Below, piece by piece: positions 32,701 through 39,327 of a DNA stretch of 58,241 bases (position 1 is its first letter; each line of letters starts with the position of its first letter). Made by a program: the position numbers and the translations under genes. A model generated the notes under the pieces. The model worked only from the letters and a program-made list of their open reading frames with translations, did not search any database and was not told where the DNA came from. Source of the DNA: Candidatus Limnocylindrales bacterium (lineage in GTDB: Bacteria; Chloroflexota; Limnocylindria; Limnocylindrales; CSP1-4); contig DATBSD010000091.1 in the NCBI GenBank assembly GCA_036559965.1, positions 1 through 58,241 of the forward strand, read 5' to 3'.

Positions 32701-35253
32701 GGTCGTGGCCGCAGCGTCCGCCGCCCCAGGCACCGCCGCCTCGGCAAGGATGGTGCCGTCGGCCAGGTCGACGATGGCGACACGGCCGTCGTCGAGCACG
32801 GCGGTCAGGCGCTCGCCGGTGTCGTCGACGATCATCGCCTGGACGGGCGCGCCGAGGTCGCCGAGTCGATCGGCCGACGGCACGATGGTCGGGTCATCGC
32901 CGGCCCGGACGTCGTCGAGGTAGCGCGTGTCGAGCGTCCAGAGTCCGCCGGACATGTCGCTGATGACGAGCCGGTGGCTGGTCTCGTCGATGGCCAGCGC
33001 CTTGGGCTGGGCGCCATCGAGCTGGAGCTCGGTCACGAGCTGCCGGCCGGCGAGGTCGAACGCGCGCACACCGCCGTCACCCGAGACGTAGAGCCGGTCG
33101 CCGGCGCGGCCGGCCGTCGATGCCACGGCGTCCCAGCGTCGCTCGATGACGGCATCGCGTGGCGCGAAGCCGAGCGCGGAGGTCGCGCTGACCTCGTCGT
33201 CACCGAAGAGCACGATGCCGGCGGCCATGAGGTACTTGGCCAGGTGCGGGTGCGTGTACTCGTAGATGGCATGCGGCTCGCCGTACCGCCAGTGCTGGAG
33301 GAACTCGGTCGCGGTACGAGCGTGGTAGACCTCGTCGAAGTACATGTCGTAGGGCTCCTCGACGCGCCAGCCCCGCAGGGTCAGCGCCGAGACGAGCAGC
33401 AGCAGGGCGACGAAGACGTCGAGACGATCGATCCGGCCGGGCGGCTCACCGGCCAGCTCGGCGCTCCGATCGCGGCGTCGGAGGCCGCTGCCGACCTGGC
33501 GGCGGACGGCCGACCGAAGGCCGGCCAGCAGCGGCGCATCGTCGCCCTCGTCGTCGTGCTCCGCGGACCCTGCCGGATCTCCGCCCATGGTCACGACCGC
33601 GGCGGCACGCGTTGCGGTCGCCTCGCGGTCGGACGGGGCAAGGGCCACGGGCTCGGGTCGCGGCCGAACCTCCTCCAGCCAAGGCGCGTCGACGACCGCG
33701 CCAAGTGCTGCCAGCCCGGTCGGATCCGGCACCCGCGCAGGTTCGTCGCGCGACGGGCTGGGCGCGGTCATGGGGTCGGGCGCGTCGAGCGCGGCCGGCT
33801 CCATGTCGACGAGGGGCGTCGCGATCACGCTGGCGTCGGTCCGCAGCGTCGCCCGAACGACCTGCCAGAGCAGGAACAGGAAGACACCGGTCGTGACGAA
33901 GACGCTGCCGAGCAGGACCGGCGTCGCCCGGAAGTCCGGGCCGAAGAAGAAGTCGTCGAGGTTCGGGGTGGCCCAGATGGGCGAGCTCAGCACCGCGTGC
34001 AGGTTGACGAAGGTCGAGATGGCCAGGATGACGGTCGCCACGAGGTAGCGCCGATCGAGGATGGCGAGCAAGGGCAGCAGCGAGAAGACCGGGAACAGGT
34101 AGCGCTCGTGGACGCGCGTCGGCAGCATGAAGAAGGCGAGGCAGAGGTAGGCGGCGGCGAGCAGGATCGTCAGGCGCTCGTCGCGCCGGACGAGCAGCGC
34201 CAGCCCGACCACGAAGCCGCCCACCAGAAGCACCGTCCCGATGACGACCCCGGGCACGGGTCCGATGAGCCCGATCGTGTCCGACGGCCAGCGCCCCAGG
34301 CCCGCCTCGACCATCGCGCTCTGATCGCCCGAGCCCACCAGCGCCCAGGGGTTGAGGGCGTTGACGGTCAGGTAGGCGTACGTGCCGGCGGCCCGGCCGT
34401 ACTGGATGATGAGACCGGGCATATCGAGGCCGAACGGCGCCACGACGACGACCAACAGGCTGGCGCCGACGGCCGCCGATGAGACCAGGCGCCAGATGCC
34501 GGTCTCGTGCTCACACCATCGCCGATACCACGATGGCCCGGCCGTCACCCGCGGACCGCTGCCCGGGAGCAGCAGGTGCCGGCGCAACAGCACGACGGCC
34601 AGCAGGGGCACGAGGACCACGCCGTACTGCGGTTTCGCGAGGCCGGCCAGCACGGTCACCGCCGTGGCTGCCTCCTCGTGGCCCTCGACGAGCAGCGCGA
34701 CCATGGCCAGGGTCAGCAGCGCGCCGATCGCGTCGACCTGGCCCCAGATCGCCGAGTCGTACCAGGTCACCGGGTTGAACACGTAGAGCGCGGCGGCGAG
34801 CAGCGCCAGCTGCCCGCCTCGGGGGCGGTCCCCGAACCAGCGCATGGCCACGACGTAGAGCAGCGCGCCGGTCGCGATGTCGGCCAGGATGGGCGGCATC
34901 TTGAGCAGCGCCGTCGTCGTCGCCACGCCGGTGCCGTCGGCGGCACCGATGATCTGGCCGAGTCGCCCCAGGAACCCCAGCACGAGCATGTAGGCGGGCG
35001 GGTAGTCGGACAGGCCGGGCACGTCGTAGAAGCCCGCAGCGCCGACCTCGACCATCCGGAATGCCCAGGCGGTGAAGGTCCCAAGGTCCGACTCGAAGCC
35101 GGACTTTGGCAGCAGGACGTATGCGATGATGAGCCGGAGGGCCAGGGCGGCCAGCAGCAGGATCGTCAGGGCTGGGACGGCCGATGGCGCCCGGACCGAG
35201 CGAGTCGACGCTCCGAGGCCCCGATCGGGCGCACCCGCCCCGGGCGTCGTCAA
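29701..35253 (-). CDS. roughly 1850-aa polytopic fusion glycosyltransferase: N-terminal PIG-V/Gpi18-like GT-C module, acidic/Pro-rich linker, then a PMT (GT39) protein-O-mannosyltransferase-like GT-C module interrupted by a roughly 400-aa repeat-rich soluble insertion, plus an extended C-terminal TM region
   Basis: Lies in the 3' 5.5 kb of track ORF 29701..36072. The start is taken at TTG 35253, with GGAGG 11 nt upstream; an alternative TTG lies at 35271. There is no in-frame ATG/GTG before the first TM helix. Module 1: LPKSGFESDLGTFTAWAF...GLSDYPPAYMLVL. Module 2: YDMYFDEVYHARTA...YTHPHLAKYL, FGWRLPGVILGALTAALIYLLAR, SRIGMNDVYV, SSPWWAWPF, GNLVLFW, ATFQYHYY. Confidence 0.75.
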   Translation of the reverse strand: MTTPGAGAPDRGLGASTRSVRAPSAVPALTILLLAALALRLIIAYVLLPKSGFESDLGTFTAWAFRMVEVGAAGFYDVPGLSDYPPAYMLVLGFLGRLGQIIGAADGTGVATTTALLKMPPILADIATGALLYVVAMRWFGDRPRGGQLALLAAALYVFNPVTWYDSAIWGQVDAIGALLTLAMVALLVEGHEEAATAVTVLAGLAKPQYGVVLVPLLAVVLLRRHLLLPGSGPRVTAGPSWYRRWCEHETGIWRLVSSAAVGASLLVVVVAPFGLDMPGLIIQYGRAAGTYAYLTVNALNPWALVGSGDQSAMVEAGLGRWPSDTIGLIGPVPGVVIGTVLLVGGFVVGLALLVRRDERLTILLAAAYLCLAFFMLPTRVHERYLFPVFSLLPLLAILDRRYLVATVILAISTFVNLHAVLSSPIWATPNLDDFFFGPDFRATPVLLGSVFVTTGVFLFLLWQVVRATLRTDASVIATPLVDMEPAALDAPDPMTAPSPSRDEPARVPDPTGLAALGAVVDAPWLEEVRPRPEPVALAPSDREATATRAAAVVTMGGDPAGSAEHDDEGDDAPLLAGLRSAVRRQVGSGLRRRDRSAELAGEPPGRIDRLDVFVALLLLVSALTLRGWRVEEPYDMYFDEVYHARTATEFLQHWRYGEPHAIYEYTHPHLAKYLMAAGIVLFGDDEVSATSALGFAPRDAVIERRWDAVASTAGRAGDRLYVSGDGGVRAFDLAGRQLVTELQLDGAQPKALAIDETSHRLVISDMSGGLWTLDTRYLDDVRAGDDPTIVPSADRLGDLGAPVQAMIVDDTGERLTAVLDDGRVAIVDLADGTILAEAAVPGAADAAATTGGQRLVVDVGAVDEPGSLAETLAGILADDATRIRALLVGAEGVVTVVSNLEQDEAINIQEALDQGELPGTTIESGDLVAVAATEGLVLLDAATLARVDAIATDAPVTSVVHVEGPAEPTLYGTTGERLLRVEVKKGQAPVKRDDVWMPAAVYDLVYDSATQMLHVLGRTPDGDASTVYVVEPHANAVYADALLPAPPVAWALDADADRPSQDRQQLLTIAADGQVAVVETGRNAFGWRLPGVILGALTAALIYLLARVLIRRRTVGLAVAGLVLVDGMMFAQSRIGMNDVYVGAFIAAAYLVFALLWLGRWRGWSALLVGLPLLGVILGLALAAKWVGLYAIGGIVLLILIRSAVGRLIALAALIAMTGVLGWVAISSPTSSTPDVVGTIVVTILAMLLTGLVLHVSRAGRTVLLVGLVFAAVAAPILVSVKGNGVFVVITLAVTLLLAVAIVLRPVRWSRDEARFAVAAPVVLGIVGTLLLVAASSSLPSEGMVDPTTLLAASLGLVAVGVLAYIGLAMAASRGRGPLAPTVTIEPAGGLPAGQPPRGWLRPGWRFGLPWLWALGCVLAIPVVVYVISFAPWVELGNRWIESFPAGNEGQTLLALQIQMYEYHDNLRATHAASSPWWAWPFDLKPVWFYLGNLAEGWTAVIYDAGNLVLFWLSVPAMIWLAFTAWHRRSLALALVLIGFACQWLPWARIDRATFQYHYYTSLPFVIIGLAYFLAELWHGPSARTWLLARVSVAAMLVAVPLLWLLRVPLCAVSGVAQVNPGSQACGYVSEAFVLTERAAVSLLIVLVGIVILAWQAHTLGLRRRRSDFEATPGGRLPPGAIWLLITAVTTGVAVAIVQSRFAETPLVTAPIGDIGPYVGALLLGLPLAVAAWLVIGARDPRRFIIGTFGAMIIWFVAFQPTIAALPVPTGLARLFQTLPLSTYNYDFQFAVNTAGATETSFLSLESVALTAMVACLAGAAMYAAAVWRSGGWAPGPDEDPTEGGSATA

Positions 35254-35286
35254 CAGGCGACCGGCCTCCAAAGAACGAGCGACGAG

Positions 35287-36723
35287 GTGGAGGGGAGTAT
35301 AGCAACGGCGCCTGCCGACACCCGTTCGGCCGATCCAGCCGCTGCGGCCCCCGGCGACGGCATCGCCGGCCGCCTCGGACGCCTCGATCCCCGCTGGCTG
35401 ACGATCGGTTTCGTGGTCCTTGGCATCGTCGTCTACATCGTCAGCAACCCCAGCCGCCAGAACTTCTACAACCACTTCGTGTGGCAGGCCGACGCCTTCC
35501 TCCAGGGCCGCGCCTGGATCCCCTGGCCGCTGACCGATGGTCAGTTCCAGAACGGCTACTTCCAGGACGTCTTTCCCATCGGGGACGGGCGTGGCCTGCT
35601 GCCGTTCCCGCCACTGCCCGCCATCGCGTTGCTGCCGTTCGTGGCCGCGTTCGGGCTGGGCACGGACGCCGCTCTCGTGGCGGCCGTGCTCGGCGGCATC
35701 AACCTCGGGCTTGCCCATCGGATGGTCCGGCGCCTCACGAGCGATGCCCTGGTAGCCATCCTGGCCGCGCTCTTCTACGGCTTCGGGACGGTCGCCTGGT
35801 ATGCCGCCATGCTCGGCAGCACCTGGTTCCTGGCACATGTCGTCGCGTCGACGTTCCTGCTGCTGGCCATCACCGGCGCCCTCGACGCCGACCGCCGCTC
35901 CGCTCGCGAGGCGGCTGCCGTCGCGGCCGAGGACGAGGGCGCCGGATGGCGACGTGCCTGGCCGCCCGATGGGCGCCAGGTCATTGCCGGGCTGCTGTTC
36001 GGCATGGCGGCGGCGGCGCGCCTGACGACGCTCCTGGCGGCGCCCTTCTTCGTCTTCGTCGGCGGCGGCCACTCGGCGCTCCGTCGCGGCCTGTCAGCGG
36101 GCATCGGCGCGGTCATCCCGGTGCTCCTGCTGCTGGCCTACAACGTGGCCACCAGCGGCCAGCTCTTCCACCCCGGGTACGAGCACCTCTACCAGACCGA
36201 GTACACGCCCGTCCCGTCGGGCCTGCTCGCTCAGCTCGTGCCGGCCCTTGAGGGCATCACCTATCACCCCGGGGAGTGGGCCCTCCAGGACCCCCGCTAC
36301 GTGCCGCAGAACCTGCTCATCCTCCTGGCCTGGCTGCCCGAGGTCCACACCGAGTGCGGTTTGGCACTGCTCGACCAAGGCTGCGCGTTGATCCGACCCG
36401 ATAGGTTGGGCATGAGCGTCCTGCTCACCAGCCCCGCCTGGCTGCTGGGGCTGCCCGTCGTGCTGCGCGAGTGGCGCCGGCGGATCGTGCTCGGGTCGGC
36501 GCTCGCGGTCGGCGCGGTCACGCTCGTCAACCTCATGCACTTCAGCCAGGGCTGGGTCCAGTTCGGATATCGCTTCAGCAACGACGCCGCGCCATTCGCC
36601 CTGCTCCTCGTGACGCTCGGGCTGGCGCGCTACGGCGTGCGCTGGTGGACGGCCGGCCTGGTGCTGCTCTCGATCGTCATCAACGCCTGGGGCGTCTACT
36701 GGGGCGTCGTCCTCGGCTGGTGA
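35287..36723 (+). CDS. GT-C fold membrane glycosyltransferase (ArnT/PMT_2-like), paralog A
   Basis: GTG 35287 is an internal start of track ORF 34507..36723; the upstream part of that ORF is antisense to the giant gene. After TM1 comes the loop motif WQADAFLQGRAWIPWP...LPFPPLPAIALLPFVAAFG. The C-terminal motif VQFGYRFSNDAAPF is shared with the next gene. Confidence 0.7.
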   Translation: MEGSIATAPADTRSADPAAAAPGDGIAGRLGRLDPRWLTIGFVVLGIVVYIVSNPSRQNFYNHFVWQADAFLQGRAWIPWPLTDGQFQNGYFQDVFPIGDGRGLLPFPPLPAIALLPFVAAFGLGTDAALVAAVLGGINLGLAHRMVRRLTSDALVAILAALFYGFGTVAWYAAMLGSTWFLAHVVASTFLLLAITGALDADRRSAREAAAVAAEDEGAGWRRAWPPDGRQVIAGLLFGMAAAARLTTLLAAPFFVFVGGGHSALRRGLSAGIGAVIPVLLLLAYNVATSGQLFHPGYEHLYQTEYTPVPSGLLAQLVPALEGITYHPGEWALQDPRYVPQNLLILLAWLPEVHTECGLALLDQGCALIRPDRLGMSVLLTSPAWLLGLPVVLREWRRRIVLGSALAVGAVTLVNLMHFSQGWVQFGYRFSNDAAPFALLLVTLGLARYGVRWWTAGLVLLSIVINAWGVYWGVVLGW

Positions 36724-36729
36724 GGGGCC

Positions 36730-37968
36730 TCAGAAGCTGACGAAGTCGAGGACCGTGATGACGTAGATGCCGTAGGCGTGGACGAGGATGCCGATGAGGA
36801 TCGCGAGGCGCGCGGGCAGGGAGATGCGGCGCACGAAGAGCATGCCCAGCATGATCCACAGGATGGGCGCCACGTCGAGGCTGAACCGGTAGCCGAACTG
36901 TGTCTCGCCGACATTGCCGTGGGTCACGATGGGGATGAGCGCGCAGAGGATGGCGACCCAGCCGAAGACCACGAACGGCTCGCGCCGGCGGAGCTTGATG
37001 AGCCAGAAGTAGATCGGCGTCGTGAACGTCAGCGCGAGGCCGGTCCAGTTGGGCCGGAACCAAGGGAAGCCGTCGGCGAAGTCGAAGCCGCGGACGAAGA
37101 TCGTGTGCAGGTGCCTCGGGATGTAGCTGATGGACAGGATGCCATCGCGATACCAGGGCTCTAGGAGCACGCCGGGGATCCTTTCGTAGCCGAAGTCGAA
37201 GGGGCTGCCGAAGCGAGCGATGTTGTAGAGCGCGACGAGCACCGCCGGCACGGCCAGGCCGACGACGAACAGCCCCGCGTCGGCGAGGCGGCGCCGATCG
37301 GGGATGGCGAGGCGCGGCGCGACCTGCACCCCGGCGTACAGCGCGAGGTAGAGCGGCAGGGTCAACCCGACCGGCAAGCGTGAAGCGGCGGCCGCTCCCA
37401 GGCACAGCCCGGCAACGACCGGCCAGCGCCGATCGAGCGCCAGCCAGAGCGCGAGCAGGGACCAGAAGACACCGTTGACGCCGGCGAACAGCCACGACGT
37501 GCCCATGCCGGCCGCCCACCAGAGCACGCTGCCGACGGCGAACGCGGCCGTCAGGGAGCGTCGCGGCAGCGGCGCCACGCCCAGTCGTCCCAGGATCGTC
37601 CACAGGATGGCGACGCTCAGGCCGCCCAGGATGGCCGCCGCGTAGCCCTGGTCGAAGCCGGCCCCGAAGACGGCCACGAAAGGCAGCACCGAGATGGCCG
37701 GCATGGGCGGATAGGGCACGTACCAGCTGCCATCGGGCCGGTCGACATGCTCGATCCAGGGCATCGGCTCGATGATGTGGAGCCGGCCGTGGAGGAAGGC
37801 GTCGGCGAGCGGCACGAAGGCGTCCAGGCCGACCGGCTTGGGACCGGTCCACCAGTAGAGCAACGCGGCGCCGGCGGCGATGAGGGCGAAGGTCGTCAAC
37901 GCACGCCACGCGCTAAGGCCCTCGTCGGGTGTCGCCGAGGCGTCCGCCGCGGCGGGGGCAGCGGCCAT
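36730..37968 (-). CDS. GT-C fold membrane glycosyltransferase (ArnT/PMT_2-like), paralog B
   Basis: The product is 412 aa. Motifs: LADAFLHGRLHIIEPMPW...VPYPPMPAISVLPFVAVFG and TQFGYRFSLDVAPI. Converges on paralog A with a 6-nt gap. Confidence 0.75.
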   Translation of the reverse strand: MAAAPAAADASATPDEGLSAWRALTTFALIAAGAALLYWWTGPKPVGLDAFVPLADAFLHGRLHIIEPMPWIEHVDRPDGSWYVPYPPMPAISVLPFVAVFGAGFDQGYAAAILGGLSVAILWTILGRLGVAPLPRRSLTAAFAVGSVLWWAAGMGTSWLFAGVNGVFWSLLALWLALDRRWPVVAGLCLGAAAASRLPVGLTLPLYLALYAGVQVAPRLAIPDRRRLADAGLFVVGLAVPAVLVALYNIARFGSPFDFGYERIPGVLLEPWYRDGILSISYIPRHLHTIFVRGFDFADGFPWFRPNWTGLALTFTTPIYFWLIKLRRREPFVVFGWVAILCALIPIVTHGNVGETQFGYRFSLDVAPILWIMLGMLFVRRISLPARLAILIGILVHAYGIYVITVLDFVSF

Positions 37969-37989
37969 GGCCCCGACTATACTGCCGCG

Positions 37990-38805
37990 ATGTCCGTCCC
38001 CGCCGCCTCAACGACCACGGCGACGGCGCCTGCCCAGGATGCCGGATCGAGTCGTGTCGCCGCCCTGACCTACTTCTTCCCGGCGCACAACGAGGCCGAG
38101 AACATCGAGGCGCTCGTGGCTGAAGCGCTGGAGTCGCTGCCGGCCCTGGCCGAGACGTTCGAGATCATCGCCGTCGACGACGGCAGCAAGGACGGCACGG
38201 CGGCCATCGCCGATCGCCTCGCCGAGCAGCACCCCGGCGTCGTCCGCGTGGTCCATCACCCGGTCAACCGTGGCTACGGCGCCGCACTGCGGAGTGGTTT
38301 CGCGGCCGCCGGTCACCCGCTCATCGCCTTCACCGACGGCGACCGGCAGTTCCGCGTCGCCGACATCGGCCGCCTGCTGGCTCGGTCGGCTGCAGCCGAC
38401 GCGCCCGACGTCGTCGTCGGCTACCGCCTCCGACGCGCCGACCCGACCATCCGCCTGGTCTACGCCAGGGCATATCGCTTCTGTCTCCGGCTGTTCTACG
38501 GGCTGCCGGTGCGCGACGTGGATTGTGCCTGCAAGCTCTTCCGTCGCGAGGCCCTCGAGGGCATCCGCCTCGAGTCGGGCGGCGCCTTCCTGTCGGCCGA
38601 GCTGCTGATCAAGGTTCGCGCCCGTGGGCGCAGCATCGGCGAAGTCGGCGTGCCCCACCATCCGCGCACGGCCGGCCAGGCATCGGGCGCCGATCCGCGC
38701 GTCGTGGCGCGTGCCATCCGCGACTTCTGGCGGCTGCGGCTGCGGCTCTGGTTTCGACGTGGCCCCGCACTCGAGCGCGGCGAACCGGTGCTCGGTCCGT
38801 CCTAG
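37990..38805 (+). CDS. GT2 polyprenol-phosphate sugar synthase (Ppm1/DPM1/GtrB-like)
   Basis: Internal ATG 37990 of track ORF 37747..38805. Motifs: YFFPAHNEAENIE, IIAVDDGSKDGT, NRGYGAALRSGF, AFTDGDRQF, CACKLFRRE. Confidence 0.8.
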   Translation: MSVPAASTTTATAPAQDAGSSRVAALTYFFPAHNEAENIEALVAEALESLPALAETFEIIAVDDGSKDGTAAIADRLAEQHPGVVRVVHHPVNRGYGAALRSGFAAAGHPLIAFTDGDRQFRVADIGRLLARSAAADAPDVVVGYRLRRADPTIRLVYARAYRFCLRLFYGLPVRDVDCACKLFRREALEGIRLESGGAFLSAELLIKVRARGRSIGEVGVPHHPRTAGQASGADPRVVARAIRDFWRLRLRLWFRRGPALERGEPVLGPS

Positions 38806-39293
38806 TCGGATCGGCGGCCGGGCTCGTCGTCGAGCGAGTTGACGAACTCGCGGAAGACCGACAGCTTCTCGTCCTCGTCGGGCTCCGGCGTCACACCGGC
38901 GCGGTCGAGCACGATGTCGGTGGCGAAGATGGGCACCCCGACGCGGATGGCCAGGGCGATGGCGTCGGATGGTCGCGCGTCGATGTCGACGGTCCGCTCC
39001 CCGACCTCGAGGATGAGCCTCGCTCGATAGGTCTCGTCGGAGAGGTCCGAGACGATGACCTGCTTGACGACCACCCCGAGCTCCTCGAGCGTCGTCGCGA
39101 ACAGGTCGTGGGTCAGCGGTCGCTCGGGCGTGATGCCCTGGAGCCGGCGGGCGATGGCGTCGGCCTCGTTGACGCCGATCCAGATGGGCAGGTAGAGGTC
39201 GCGATCGACGTCCTTGAGGATGACCACATGCTGTGACGAGTGCATGTGCACGCGCACGCTCTCGACGACCATCTCTTTCAGCCCGTGCGCCAT
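38802..39293 (-). CDS. bifunctional nuclease (DUF151/BFN) domain protein
   Basis: Internal ATG 39293 of track ORF 38802..39428. Motifs: VVILKDVDRDLYLPIWIGVNEADAIA, RPLTHDL, DARPSDAIALAIRVGVPIF. Confidence 0.75.
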   Translation of the reverse strand: MAHGLKEMVVESVRVHMHSSQHVVILKDVDRDLYLPIWIGVNEADAIARRLQGITPERPLTHDLFATTLEELGVVVKQVIVSDLSDETYRARLILEVGERTVDIDARPSDAIALAIRVGVPIFATDIVLDRAGVTPEPDEDEKLSVFREFVNSLDDEPGRRSD

Positions 39294-39327
39294 GTCGCGA
39301 TTATCCCACGGGCCTACGGCCGCGCCA

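Noticed and set aside
35254-36072. The 5' 819 nt of the 2123-codon minus-strand track ORF (29701..36072), which would make the giant protein even longer.
   Set aside because: This part is exactly antisense to the well-supported plus-strand GT-C gene (35287-36723). Its translation is a charged, low-complexity R/E/G/D-rich sequence with no TM helices or motifs. The recognisable protein begins with the TM helix encoded just below 35200.
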